From Squalus acanthias (lineage: Eukaryota), in contig CM059431.1 in assembly GCA_030390025.1 (NCBI GenBank), forward strand, positions 112,842,001 through 112,906,000: a DNA stretch of 64,000 bases, written 5' to 3'. The notes beneath the pieces are model-generated. The model was not told where the DNA came from, did no database searches, and worked only from the letters and a program-made list of their open reading frames with translations. This document shows positions 11,960 to 23,927 of this stretch, one piece after another. A program made the translations under genes and the position numbers. Positions within the stretch are counted from its first letter, which is position 1. Each line of letters starts with the position of its first letter.

Positions 11960-14500
11960 CACTTCAGATGGAGCCTAAAAAATCAGCACTTACTTTAAAC
12001 TAGGTGGAAGCAATTCGAAGGGGACAGAAAAGAGCTCAAAATTTCAATTAATCTGAACTCGTGACTGAAATGCATCAGAGGAGAGAAAGATTGTTGGTTA
12101 TTGATGGGATGAAACCTTAGAAAACTGTGTTGAGAGTCATGTGGAAGTTACATGGAGTACCGTTTCTCTCATCTCCAGAACTGCAGATCAGTGCAGGAAA
12201 ACTTTAATGACTAGACAAGAGCAGGCACGGTAAAGACAGGCCAATATCCTTTCTCTTTCTTGGGCAACATGGGCAACACTGTTAACCTTCTCATATGATA
12301 TCCTGCACAAATTCTCCTTCTCATTCTGCAATGGATTCAGAGGTTCAATGACTCTGTATCATGCATTATACATTGGCAACTACCTTTACAAGAATGAATT
12401 GCATGCAGAGTCTTAAAACCTTTCTTCACTTTAACAGGGTGCAGACTGATACCAACTGGAGGGGGGCATTTTTTCTGTTTTTGTCTCAAATACTAGCCTT
12501 CATCTAATGCAGCCCGCAGCAGGTCCAAGCTGCCACGAGAAAAGAGTCACCTCCATTTCAGGACCCTTTTGAACCATAAGAGCAGCCAACCATGAACGCG
12601 ATACTTGTCCTCAGGCTGCACCTAGCAGGAGCACTAGAATAGGAGAAAGAAAGGTACATTTAGACCTCCAGGGAAAGCATGGTGTGAAGAAGGAATAGGA
12701 TGGCTATGTTGATATTTATTTTAGTGATAATGAAAGGGCAGGTGCATTTATTTCATGCTCATTCATTCATGAAGCATATTAGGAATTTCCCAGCCTAGTA
12801 TCGACAAAAAGATCTGAGGCGATGTTACGTTCCAAGATGTGTTTTGAATTGAAAGATTTGGATATGATCTGTAAGTATGGGATAATGAAGTAGTGGCATT
12901 GGTGACAAAGGAAGACACTTAAACACAGGAGAATATGCCATTAGTTAGTTGAATTCTGGTTACACTTGCAGCCATTACTGAAGAATCCTCCAAATGCCAG
13001 CCCTCGTAATGCTCCCCTCCATGCTCCTTTGTCTCCAAAGCAGCTGGGGCTATTTCCTCGAGATTTTCCATGCCCAAAACTTCTTGGACTCCAAAGTTGT
13101 GCAGACCACAGCAAGTTGCCACTGTGCAGGATATACACTTGCCAACATGTTACAGAGTCCCTTCAGATCTATTGAGGCAGTGAAAGTGCCTCTTGAAGAC
13201 CACTATAGTTCTATCAGTTAAAAATCTTTTAGAAGCATGTGCCTTGTTGTAGATTTCCTCAGCTGCTGTTCTTGCAACTCACAGAGGGGTCGTGATCCAT
13301 GACAGCAGGGTTTATGCTTTGTTGCCCACAATCCTTCTGGTAACTTCAGATTCTTCTTTGAAGAGATCAGGCAGGGCACAGAATTCTTAAAGACAATTGC
13401 ATCATGGCAAATCCCAGCAAATCTGGCATTGACATACTCAATTCTTTGAAAAACTCGAAAAGAAAGACTTGCATTTATATAGCACTTTTCGTGACCTCAG
13501 GATGTCCCAAAGCGCTTTACAGCCAATGAAGTGTAGTTACTGTTGTATTGTAGGAAATGCAGCAGCCAATTTGTGCACAGCAAGCTCCCACCAACAGCAA
13601 TGTGATAATGACCAGATATTCTGATTTTTAAGTGATGTTGGATGAGGGATAAATATTAGCCAGGACACTAGGGAAAGCTCCCCAGCTCTTCTTCGAACAG
13701 TGCCGTGGTATCTTTTATGTCCACCTGGGAGGGCAGATGGGGCCTCGGTTTAACGTCTCATCTGAAATACGGCACCTCCAGCGGCACTCCCTCAGCACTG
13801 CGTTGAAGTATCAGCCTAGATTATGCGCTCAAGTCTCTGGAGTGGGACTTGAACCCACAACCTTCTGATCTTTGCAATGATTTGTACAGTCAGTGAATGG
13901 AAGCCCTTATTATTTAGAAAGATGGGCGTTTATTGTCGAAGCTTGCAATGCTATGTGGGTTCCATCTATTGTACCTTGCACTTTGAGGAACCAGCAGCTT
14001 GTTAAAATTATATGGCTGTATTATGCTCTTGCCTGGCAGTCATGCCAAATGAAATCAACTCCCCTGTTGTCCTAAAACCTGTGTCAGTGACGGCACCATG
14101 AATGATGTTATACAGGTCCCCTGTGACTGCTTGAAATGAGGCAGTTGCATGAAAGTTGAATGCCATATTATCATTTACTGCCATAGGCAGAGCTGTCTCG
14201 GCAGATGATCTTGGATGCGGGTCTTCATGCAGAAGCTGCCAAAGCTCCCCATAAGCTATTAGGTGAAGCGTACTTTTCTCACACAGCGCTCCTCACTGAG
14301 ATCTTCATAAGATCTGATTTGCTTGGAAATTCTGTGGGAGCGGGGATCTTGTTGGGCGCATCCTCCTCACATGCTGACTCACCCTCCTTTCCAACACCTT
14401 GAATTGCTCCTCCTCAAAAATAGCAAACAAGCTAATTGTGAATCTTATAACTTTAGCTCAGAACCTCTTGTAGGGCTGGGAAAATTCCCAGTAGTCTCAC
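11960..14500. mobile_element. Highly degenerate Harbinger element: Myb remnant (+) and DDE transposase remnant (-), interrupted by a SINE
   Basis: RKTFND-like motif at ~12195 (+); CCGLHNF (HARBI1-type C-terminal CCxLHN) in minus ORF 12919-13122; convergent two-gene layout; boundaries approximate. Confidence 0.65.
13462..13868 (-). mobile_element. Deu-domain tRNA-derived SINE (SacSINE1/AmnSINE1-like) with L2-type tail
   Basis: B box GGTTCAAGTCC; recognisable Deu core (GATGAGACGTTAAACCGAGGCC...); tail GCTATATAAATGCAAGTC; second copy at 23928-24290. Confidence 0.88.
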
Positions 14501-14827
14501 AAGCCCTCATGCTGTCAAGGTCAGCTATGATTGGGTGCGTAGCAAAAAAATCCACTCCAAAAGCTCTCTTGTAAGTCCAGCATTCACTTTTAAAGCTTCT
14601 CCAGGCTGCAGGCTCCAAAGTAAAGTATTTCCGCCATTATCGGCTGATGCCTGCAACAGATAAACCTCTTTTATCTCATCATGAATCATACTTGACTCTT
14701 TGGGGGTGCAACTCATGGAATTTGAGCACAATTATATCATTACATCACTATATCAGAGGGCCCCAGACCTGACCCGAAATGGCAGGGCAGGATTACAGGG
14801 TAGAAATCTGGCAGAAATAGGATCCAC

Positions 14828-15056
14828 TGTTGAGGCTGCCGTGAAACACGAATTAAGGCCGAGTCCATGTGTGGGACATAAAGCTTTTTATTCTTCTGCC
14901 TGGTCAAAATGGCTGAAACACACTGCTCACAGAATTATCTGGAAAAATCCTGAGGCCCCGCCCACTCCTTTTCTCCTGCCTTAAAGGCAAGGTGCCCGAT
15001 ATATTGTCCACGGACGGAAAAGTGGATTTCGCCCATTTAGGTGGCGATCCGCCACA
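14828..15056 (-). repeat. 3' LTR (229 bp)
   Basis: Direct repeat of 18911-19155; adjacent purine tract GGGGGGAG on the minus strand (~15059-15067). Confidence 0.96.
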
Positions 15057-15076
15057 CAGCTCCCCCCAGAATCCGC

Positions 15077-16006
15077 TTAGGAGGTGTGGATGAGACGGTG
15101 CGGCGGTCTGATGGGCCGGCCGGAGCGGCTCTTGTAGGACTCCGGTGGACGTGGAATGGCCGGGCGTTGAGCAGCCGGGTGAACCGGCTTGAGGGCAGGT
15201 CGGCCGCGTGGCGGTGGACGAGCTACAGGGACCTGCTCACCGGGCTCCGAGTGTGCTGGCTTGAGTCGGTCAACCGACACTTTTTCGGTCCTGTCTCCCA
15301 CTTGCAGGGTGAAAAATTTGTCCCCAGCCTGTAGCACCTTGTAGGGCCCGTCGTACGGGGGTTGAAGGGGTCCGCGGTGGGCGTCGTGCTGGACGAAAAT
15401 GAACCGTGCCTGGTGCAGGCTCAGTGGGACGTGTGAGGTGGATTCGCCGTGTCGGGCAATGGGCACCGGGGCGAACTGCAGCGCCGGTGAGGCGAAGTCG
15501 TGGCGTTGCTGGTCGGCTGACCAGGGTGTCGTGGCGGTGGGCAGGAACTCGCCGGGTACGCGCAGCGGCTGACCGTACACGAGCTCTGCTGCTGATGCGT
15601 GGAGGTCTTCTTTAACCACGGTGCGCAGGCCGAGGAGGACCCACGGAAGTCGGTCGGTCCAGGCGCCGTCCTGGAGGCTGGCTCGAAGAGATGCCTTCAA
15701 GGATCTGTGGAACCGCTCACACAGTCCGTTGGCTGGGGGGTGGTACGCTGTGGTGCGGTGAATGGTCACCCCGAGATTGCGTGCGACGGCGGTCCAGAGT
15801 TCAGAGGTAAATTGCGGACCTCTGTCCGACGTCATGTCGGAGGGGATGCCGAACCGTGCGACCCAGGTGCTGACGAAGGCTCTGGCGATGTCGGCGGTGG
15901 TGGTAGAGGTCAGTGGAATTGCCTCAGGCCAGCGCGTGGTGCGGTCAACGATCGTCAGCAAGTGCGTGTGGCCTTGCGACGGCGGCAGGGGCCCAACGAT
16001 GTCCAC
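15077..16006 (-). CDS. pol: Gypsy integrase (core + GPY/F module), frameshifted relative to RT-RH
   Basis: DIVGPLP, VDRTTRWPEAIP, SDRGPQFTS, YHPPANGLCERFHR, PPYDGPYKV. Confidence 0.93.
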   Translation of the reverse strand: MDIVGPLPPSQGHTHLLTIVDRTTRWPEAIPLTSTTTADIARAFVSTWVARFGIPSDMTSDRGPQFTSELWTAVARNLGVTIHRTTAYHPPANGLCERFHRSLKASLRASLQDGAWTDRLPWVLLGLRTVVKEDLHASAAELVYGQPLRVPGEFLPTATTPWSADQQRHDFASPALQFAPVPIARHGESTSHVPLSLHQARFIFVQHDAHRGPLQPPYDGPYKVLQAGDKFFTLQVGDRTEKVSVDRLKPAHSEPGEQVPVARPPPRGRPALKPVHPAAQRPAIPRPPESYKSRSGRPIRPPHRLIHTS

Positions 16007-17795
16007 GTGGAGGGACAGTAAACTCCTCGAGGGGTGCTTTCGTGTGTTGCTGTACCTTGGCCCGTTGGCAGGCTAGGCAGGAGTTGGCCCAAGTACGCAC
16101 ATCCTTGCGAAGGCCGCGCCAGACAAAGCGGTTGGCTACCAATTTGCTAGATGCGCGGGCACCGGGGTAGGAGAGGTTGTGGAGAATCTCGAATACCCGG
16201 CGGCGCCAGGACGCTGGGACGACGGGCCGAGGTTGACATAGGGATATGTCGCACTTGACCGTGACTGCGGTCGGGCCACAGGCGACGTCGGCCAGGCGTA
16301 GCCCTGGTAGGTTGGTAGGTGCGGAGAGCAGATCAGGGTCGGTGATCTGGTCTGCTGCGAGTTGAGCGTAGTCGACTGCCAGGTGTGCGGCGTGGATGGC
16401 GGGGCGGGAGAGGCTGTCGGCTACCACATTGTCTCGGCCGGAGACGTGTTGGATGTCCGTGGTGAACTCGGACACTGCCGCGAGCTGGCGCTGCTGCCTG
16501 GCGGACCAGGGGTCGGTTGTCTTTGCCATTGCGAATGTCAGGGGCTTGTGGTCGACAAACGCAGTGAAGGGGTGGCCCTCCAGCAAAAAACAAAAATGGC
16601 GGACCGCCAGGAACAGCGCGAGGAGCTCGCGGTCGAAGGTGCTGTACTTGACCTCCGGGGGGCGTAGTTGGCGGCTGAAGAAGGCAAGTGGTTGCCAGGC
16701 GCCGTCGATCCACTGCTCATACACGGCGCCGACCGCGTGGTTGGAGGCGTCCGTGGTGAGCGCTACCCTGGCATTGGGCCGTGGGTGCGCGAGCAGGGTG
16801 GCGTTGGCGAGCGCGGTCTTGGTGGAGTCGAAGGCGGCGGACGCGTCTGCCGTCCATTCGACCGCCATCTTGCCGCTCCTGCCCCGGAGGGCTTCATACA
16901 GGGGCCTCATGAGGGACGCCGCTTTGGGGATGAAGCGGTTGTAGAAATTCACCATCCCGAGGAACTCCTGGAGGCCTTTGATGGTGGTGGGGCGGGGAAA
17001 TTGTTGGACGGCCTGCACCTTGGTGGGCAGGGGAATGGCCCCAGCATGGGTGATGTGGTGGCCGAGGAAGTCGATCTTGTCCAGGCCGAACTGGCATTTG
17101 GCTGGGCTGAGGATGAGCCCATGGTCGCTGAGGCGCCCGAACAGGATGCGAAGGTGTTCAAGGTGTTCCTGCTTGGAGGAACTGGCTATCAGGATGTCGT
17201 CCAGGTAGACGAACAGGAACTTCAGGTCCCAAAGGACCGAGTCCATGAGCCGTTGGAATGCCTGGGCCGCGTTTTTGCGGCCGAAGGGCATCCGCAGGAA
17301 CTCGAACAGGCCGAAGGGGGTGATTACGGCTGTCTTGGGGACGTCCGCGGGGTGGACGGGGACTTGGTGGTAGCCGCGCACCAGGTCGACCTTGGAAAAG
17401 ACTGAGCGGCCGGCCAGTCTAGCCGAGAAGTCCTGAATGTGCGGCACGGGGTACCGATCAGGGGTGGTGGTGTCGTTGAGGCGGCGGTAATCCCCGCAGG
17501 GGCGCCAACCCCCGCCTGGTTTGGGGGCGATGTGGAGTGGGGAGGCCCAGGGACTGTTGGAGCGGCGGATGATGCCGAGCTGTTCCATGGTGGGAAACTC
17601 GGTCCGCGCGATCTCCAGTTTGGCCGGGTCCAGCCTGCGGGCGTGGGCGTACACTGGGGGGCCTGTGGTGGGGATGAAGTGTTCCACCCCGTGTTTGGCG
17701 GCCTCCGCGGAGAAGGTCGGATTGGTAAGGGCCAGGAATTCGGCCAGGAGTGCCGAGTAGTCATCCGTGGCCCGGGCGTGGCACTGTGACGCCAT
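15945..17795 (-). CDS. pol: Gypsy reverse transcriptase, RNase H and integrase zinc finger
   Basis: SPWASPL, DYRRLN, DLVRGYHQ, YLDDIL, TDAS, YSTFDRELLA, DHKPL, NVVADSLSR, CLACQ. Confidence 0.95.
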   Translation of the reverse strand: MASQCHARATDDYSALLAEFLALTNPTFSAEAAKHGVEHFIPTTGPPVYAHARRLDPAKLEIARTEFPTMEQLGIIRRSNSPWASPLHIAPKPGGGWRPCGDYRRLNDTTTPDRYPVPHIQDFSARLAGRSVFSKVDLVRGYHQVPVHPADVPKTAVITPFGLFEFLRMPFGRKNAAQAFQRLMDSVLWDLKFLFVYLDDILIASSSKQEHLEHLRILFGRLSDHGLILSPAKCQFGLDKIDFLGHHITHAGAIPLPTKVQAVQQFPRPTTIKGLQEFLGMVNFYNRFIPKAASLMRPLYEALRGRSGKMAVEWTADASAAFDSTKTALANATLLAHPRPNARVALTTDASNHAVGAVYEQWIDGAWQPLAFFSRQLRPPEVKYSTFDRELLALFLAVRHFCFLLEGHPFTAFVDHKPLTFAMAKTTDPWSARQQRQLAAVSEFTTDIQHVSGRDNVVADSLSRPAIHAAHLAVDYAQLAADQITDPDLLSAPTNLPGLRLADVACGPTAVTVKCDISLCQPRPVVPASWRRRVFEILHNLSYPGARASSKLVANRFVWRGLRKDVRTWANSCLACQRAKVQQHTKAPLEEFTVPPRGHRWAPAAVARPHALADDR

Positions 17796-18870
17796 GTCGG
17801 TGGGTTGACGGGGGGGCCATGGCGCCCAGGATGGGGGACATGGTGTTCATGTCCACGAGGCGGTGTCGAGGGATGTCTACCAGTAGGCCGTGGGCGCACA
17901 GGAAATCTGCGCCGATGAGAGGGGAGAGCACCTTGGCAGTGATGAACTCCCATCGGTAGCGGCGACCAGCGAGGTCGAGGGTGACTGTGCGGGTGCCGTA
18001 CGTTCGGATTTCCGAGCCGTTAGCAGCAGCCAGCGCCGGTCCTCGTTCGCCCTTTTGGATGTCGAGGGAGGAGGCCAGGATGATGCTGTGCTGAGCTCCA
18101 GTGTCGCACAGGAACCGGCGGCCGGTTTTGTCATCCGTGACGTACAGCAGGGAGCCCGCATGGCCCACGGCCATCGCGGGGGCTGGTACGGGGGCGGACT
18201 TGAAAGAGCAGGGAGGTGTGCACCGTTGTGCCCTGGCGCCGAACCGTGCGTGGTAGTAACAGTGGCCCGGGTTAGTGGGGCGCGAAGGCCTCATGGGCCT
18301 GGTGGTTGGGCCTTGTGGCCGCGTGGTGGCCGGTGAGGGGCGCGCCCAGGCGTTGGCTGCCAGGTCCGGAGTGATGTCGCGGCTGGAGTGAGCGGACAGC
18401 AGCTTGTCGGCCTCATCGGCCAGGGCTTCCAGGTTCGTGAGGCCGGACGCCACGATCGCCGGGCAGATGCTGAGAGGTAGCTGGCGGATGAACAGCGTGC
18501 GGAAGAGGGATCCGGGTGGGCTCTCGTCGGTGAGGGAGAGCATGTGGGAGAGGAGGTCTGACGGTGAGGCATCACCGAGGCCTGGAAGGTCGAGGAGGTG
18601 GCAGTTTCGCTGGTATGCCGAGGCCGTAAATTTTTTAAGGAGCGCTGCCTTAAGATGTGCATACTTGCCTTCCTCTGGTGGGTTCTGCAGCGCTGTCCAG
18701 ACCTTTGTAACTGTGAAGCTACCGAGTGATGTGACGAGGTAGTCGTACTGCGTCCCATCTGTGGTGATGTGTTGCAGCCGGAAGCGGGATTCGGCTTGGA
18801 GAAACCAGGCTTCGGGCTGGTTTTCCCAAAACTCCGGCAGTTTCACGGAAACTGCGTTTGTGTCCGCCAT
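17761..18870 (-). CDS. gag: Gypsy Gag and aspartic protease
   Basis: VKLPEFW..PEAWFLQAE N-terminus, CYYHARFG..A.RC..PC zinc knuckle, FLCDTGA protease site, LIGADFL. Confidence 0.92.
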   Translation of the reverse strand: MADTNAVSVKLPEFWENQPEAWFLQAESRFRLQHITTDGTQYDYLVTSLGSFTVTKVWTALQNPPEEGKYAHLKAALLKKFTASAYQRNCHLLDLPGLGDASPSDLLSHMLSLTDESPPGSLFRTLFIRQLPLSICPAIVASGLTNLEALADEADKLLSAHSSRDITPDLAANAWARPSPATTRPQGPTTRPMRPSRPTNPGHCYYHARFGARAQRCTPPCSFKSAPVPAPAMAVGHAGSLLYVTDDKTGRRFLCDTGAQHSIILASSLDIQKGERGPALAAANGSEIRTYGTRTVTLDLAGRRYRWEFITAKVLSPLIGADFLCAHGLLVDIPRHRLVDMNTMSPILGAMAPPSTHRHGVTVPRPGHG

Positions 18871-18895
18871 TGCAGTGGTCGGAATACGTTCTGAG

Positions 18896-18909
18896 CGTCG
18901 GGGTCACCA
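18896..18909 (-). promoter_or_regulatory. Primer-binding site complementary to tRNA-Trp 3' end
   Basis: TGGTGACCCCGACG, 1 nt inside the 5' LTR; vertebrate tRNA-Trp ends CGTCGGGGTCA-CCA. Confidence 0.88.
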
Positions 18910-18910
18910 A

Positions 18911-19155
18911 TGTTGAGGCTGCCGCGAAACACGAATTAAGGCCGAGTCCATGTGTGGGACATAAAGCTTTTTATTCTTCTGCCTGGTCAAAATGGCTGAA
19001 ACACACTGCTCACAGAATTATCTGGAAAAATCCTGAGGCCCCGCCCACTCCTTTTCTCCTGCCTTAAAGGCAAGGTGCCTTAAAGGCAAGGTGCCCGATA
19101 TATTGTCCACGGACGGAAAAGTGGATTTTGCCCGTTTAGGTGGCGATCCGCCACA
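18911..19155 (-). repeat. 5' LTR (245 bp, with 16-bp tandem duplication)
   Basis: Direct repeat of 14828-15056 with 3 substitutions and a duplicated TTAAAGGCAAGGTGCC. Confidence 0.96.
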
Positions 19156-19424
19156 CCACTGCACTTTACAGGCCTCAATGAGTAAAAACGCCATTCTAGT
19201 GCCAAAGAAATGCTGAATGAGTTGAGCAAGCTGGCCAGTATGTCTAGCATGTGGTTTCATGTATCACACCTTAGCATCAGAGCTTATAATATTGAACAAG
19301 TTTCAGTTTTATTTCAGGCAAGTTCGCCACGAAACTATCATCAAACGCTTCGAAGTGTTATAAATGGTTTCATTCTCACTTCAGATACAGAGCCCGTTGA
19401 AAGAGATGGAAAAAAAGAAACAAT

Positions 19425-20680
19425 AGCCTCGATTTAACTTGGGGCACGAATTGGGTGGGTGGGGGTTGTGGGATGGGTGGGAATCCCCCATGATGTCGCC
19501 GGTGTGAGGCCCAGGCAATTTGTTACATATAATCCAAGGCTCCACACGAGCCTCCTCCCACCCCGCTTCATCTAACCGTATCAGCATATCCTTCTATTCC
19601 TTTCTCCCTCATGTGTTTATCTAGCATCCCCTTAAATACTTCTATGATTTTAACTCCCGGGCTCCATTTCCATTTGACTGACGGGCTATCCTCCGGATCA
19701 CATTGAGGAGTGGGCAGTCCGCCCACCTGCGCGACTTTCTGGCATGACTCCGGATGCCTAGTTAAAGCGGGAATGTACCTCTTAAAGCGAGGTTGCATCC
19801 CCTGCTTGGATTTTTCACTGTTCTACTTTTCAAGACATCTTGGCTACTAAATTGAATAGAAGATCTGTCCCCCCACTTTTCTGATGCCTCCCTGGAGGTC
19901 CTAGTGGACGATGTGAGAGCAAGGAGGAATGCACTCTTCCCCAGCATGAGCATCTCCAAGATCATAATCAAACAGGCCTGGACAGAGGTGGCTGACAGGG
20001 TCAATTCCACCAGCGTCACCCCCAGGACTTAGGTTCGATGTGGAAAGAGGTTCACAAGAGCAGCAAGGGTGAGTACACCTCTCCACCTCTCTCAACAACA
20101 CATGACAACACTCCCTTCAGTCCCTCCACCACCACTCTCAACAATCCCCTCCCCTCCATCACATCCTTCAGCATATAATCCCAAGAACACACTTCAACAC
20201 CTCTCTTTCCGGTTCCAAACACACCCCTTTGCTTTCTTCACACCACACACGTAACACCATTCTGATAAGGACTGTTAAGCAGAGGGGCTCTGTATAAGTT
20301 TTCAGGGCAGGGGAATGAGCAGGTCAGTGGAATTGCTGAGTACTTAGCTGGTCTCTCACATCTCTTGCTGCAATGCATTGAGGTGGACCTCCTGCGACTG
20401 CTGCTTCCTCGCCTTCCTCTGGTCTTCCTCGCCCGATGAGGGCTCCCGCTGTGCCTCTCTGTATGGCGAGGTTGCACAGTAGGCAGCAGATGATGCGGGA
20501 GACTTTTTGTGGGGCACATTCTAGGGAGCCCCCAGACCGGTCGAGACACCTGAACCTCTGCTCCAGCATCCCCCTGGCTTCGATTATATCTGTGTTCCTC
20601 AGCCACTGTGGAAGGGCGTCATAAGCCACATCTGTGGGGAAGTAGCTCTCGTCCCCCAAAAGAGTCATGGGGCTGAGGCG
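19425..20680. mobile_element. Harbinger relic: Myb remnant (+) and transposase C-terminus (-); CR1-type 3' tail inserted at ~19520-19645
   Basis: FSDASLEVLV..ALFP..AWTEVA..VNS (19860-20070); LLGD..RFRCLDRSGGSL...IICCLLCNLA (20324-20668). Confidence 0.8.
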
Positions 20681-20999
20681 ACCCTCAACTCATAGCAACT
20701 GGCTGCATCTCTGGAGGGTGTTTCTGGTCTTGCCCAGCACCATATGCTGACATGGCACTCTGAGGGGGACAGCTGGAGTTTAGGCACGTGCTGTAGTTAG
20801 GAGAGATGGTAGTATGAGGCAGACAAACTCTATCCCTCTCTAATTTCCCATCTGATCTGCTGCTGGTGAGAGAGGGTGTAAGTGACACAAGTGGCAAAGT
20901 GTTGGGGGTGGGGTGGGGGGGAAGGGGATAGGGGCATTGATAGACAGAGCAGCTACTATCTGTTGATTTTATGGCCTGGGTTCTTCCTTGTCCTCTTCC

Positions 21000-22000
21000 T
21001 CCTTGTCTTCCTCTGGCAGTCTTGTGAAGAATGCCCCAGGTCCTCTTTCTCTTCTTCCTCAACATGGTGTTGCCCCATTGTAGGTTTCCGTGGTGGTGAT
21101 GGATCAGCCGGAGCAGATGGCCAAAGGTAGGAAGGAGTGAAGCTAAAGAGGGTGGAAGGTTGTGTGTGTGTGTCAGGATAAGGCTGTCAGTTAAGGAATT
21201 GTGCTGATGGAAGTGAAGTGAGAGATGTGGGGGAATGAGGATGTTTGAGATGGTGTCTTGGGGTGGTGCAAGGCAGTTGCTGTGTATTAGCGGAGTTGTA
21301 GGTACCCTCTACCAGAGTGTAGTGTGATGGGTTAGTCATGTGAGTGTTGCGTTAAGAGGGTGAAGACTGGGTGGTGGTGCCCAGAGTGAACAGAGAGGAA
21401 AGGGGACAGTGTGGTGACCTGCTACCCTTGACTGCCCTCATGAAGTGTTTTAACTTCTTTCTGTACTGTTGAGCAGTTCTAAGCATGAGCGAGTTGGGAG
21501 TCAGTGCAAGTGTTAGCACCTTGCAGGCAACACAAATGAAGTTGATGTCCAGCTTGGTGAAAGAGAACCCAGGAATGTTTGGCTCCTGTCTTGTACCTCT
21601 TAGAGGAAGCTTGGAGGTCTTCATCAGAGAAGCCACTGTTGCTCCTCTTGGCTGCTGCCATGGTGTGGTGCCCAGTGGGCACAGCTGGTACCTAAGTGGA
21701 CATGATAGTTCCAATCTGGACTGATGCTGTGGTTGAGAGATGCTGTCAGGTGATTTGTCGGCTGCCTACCTTGCTGTCAGACAGTGTTCTGCTGCTGCTA
21801 GGCATCTATCGAGTGCTTTTAAAGAGTTAAATCATTGTTGCATGCAAATTTCCTGGGGTGGGGGCTGCAGCAACTTGCACAGTTTCTACACTCAGGTTAC
21901 ACCAAAGCTGCACCAAAAGTATTTAAATGAATCTACCCCAGGAAACTTGTGTCTCCGGCAAGCGGATATGAGAATTCCGGCCTCTGAACATTAGGTTGAC
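21000..22000 (-). mobile_element. Harbinger Myb/SANT gene remnant
   Basis: MAAAKRSNSGFSDEDLQA and RTAQQYRKKLKHFMRAVK fragments; boundaries approximate. Confidence 0.55.
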
Positions 22001-23927
22001 ATTCAGTGGTAACTTGCGTCCAATGGGAGTGGAGTGGTGACACCCCATTCCCATCTAATTGGTCCTCCTGATTCAGGCTAATGACCCGTCCATGTGAAAA
22101 AAAAAAGGGGGTCTTTGTTATGGAAAAACCCAAGAGCACCAGCTGCTGGATGGAAAGCAGTGGAAGAAACGGGTCACCATTGGGGGCACCTGATTAGTAT
22201 GGGTCAGGCGAGCACAAGTGCCACTTTCAGCACATCTCTGGCATTCACCTGTCACATGCCCACAGAAACTCTGGCGTCGCTCTGCCCGTGCCGGGGGGAT
22301 TGCCGACTCCGGCCATTATTTCTTCAGCCCCAGGAGCAAACCTCTACGCAAACACCATGTCACAGCTGTGGATTAGGAGCAGGAACCCCCTGCTTAGGGA
22401 ATCCCCAGCTCCCCTCTCCTGTGGCCCTGCTCCCTGCCCATCATTTGCTTTGTAAGGGATGGACAGAAATTCTGCTCATTTGAAGCCACGGGGGAAACTT
22501 CCTGAAACGGCCAGAGACCAGACATAAACAGGTCTCCACTGATTGCTTGGGGGTTCTATCGGTCTCCTGCCAGAGTTACAGCAGGAAATGGGTGAATTCA
22601 TTGAGGAATTTTAGGGCCATAGCGTGTATGTTTTGTTTTGCTGGTTTTGGAGCAGGTTGGGTGTAATCTAGGTCGCCTGACCATTGGAGATGCACTGGGG
22701 ATTCGCTTGCAAAAAATTTAAACAATATGTGATGTGGGCCTAAGCAGTAAGAAATTTGAGGTATCCTACCATCAAATTAAAGTCCCAAAGCCCACAGAAA
22801 TACAATGTTTATGTCATTAAATTGTATTTTTTGCTTTAAAGCAATTGAATGGTAAATCTTAAAATTGCTGCTACACACAAGGCACTGAATAAATAACTCT
22901 TTTTTGTGATGCTGCAGTAATGCATTTGCACAGTGAGAAGCCCTGCCTGTTATAACTAATGATTTTTGTTTGACTGAAGTGATTGGTAAATAATGCTGTT
23001 CTGTAGATAACAGAAAATTATTAAAACCGTGTACTTTATTCACAGCTTTCCTGCTTTATGCCTATGATATTAAGTTAATTCCTATAGTCATCTTATACTG
23101 CATATATACCATATGAAATAAGCCAAAGCCAATCAGAAGTGTCAAATGTGGTCTACTGACTTACTCCAAATGGCAGATGTATAATAATAATTTCCCGCAG
23201 TAGAAAATTGAGCACTCTAAGCTCAAAACCATTGACCTGACAACTGTCAGTCAGTAGAATATAAAGTGCACTCTCCATTTGAAAGCATCATAAATCATTT
23301 CCTCATTCGCTGTTAACCAGCAATCATGATCTTAATCAGACTGACTATTGTTTGGAATTATAAACATTCATTTTTATCTTTGTTTATATCTAGGACTGAG
23401 AAAACTTACAGTTAGAAATTTTTTCTACCAACTGTTTAATTAAATTATAAGTGCTTTATTGAACAATGGTGCATCACACCATATGTGATATTCGCAAACA
23501 AGTATATTGAGGATATTACACGGTTCTGTACAGGGTAAATTCATTGATCCCGTGCTCCTAGTGGGGAACTGCTCTCAAAGGGAATGCAAGTGTCCAAACA
23601 ACACTGCCTTTGATCATGACTTTTCACTGGGACATGGGATTAGTAGATTACCTTTACATTTGGGTAACATTATGCACTGAGCATTGACAAGGCTGTCATT
23701 TATTTGCAGGAGACTGAACTAAAGCTGGGAGATTGGGACGCATTTATTAGGAACTCTTATTTACAAGTTTTGGGTAGCAGATGAACTCTAGAAGTCTCTT
23801 GATGTATGGTGGAGTGCTGAGCCTCATTGTTGATCAGTTGCTCCCAGCTATCTTCAGTTCTGATAAGGGATGATAAAAGAAGGGCAAGGGAAGCCTATGG
23901 GAATTTGAGTGGAGTAGGTCTGAAGAA

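Larger units (their letters stand above)
14828..19155 (-). mobile_element. Full-length Ty3/Gypsy LTR retrotransposon, young
   Basis: Two near-identical TG..CA LTRs, 4-bp TSD CCAC (14824-14827, 19156-19159), PBS, PPT, and gag-PR-RT-RH-IN domain order. Confidence 0.98.

Noticed and set aside
15041..18760. Many overlapping plus-strand and alternate-frame ORFs
   Set aside because: Shadow ORFs of GC-rich gag-pol; no recognisable domains and no env
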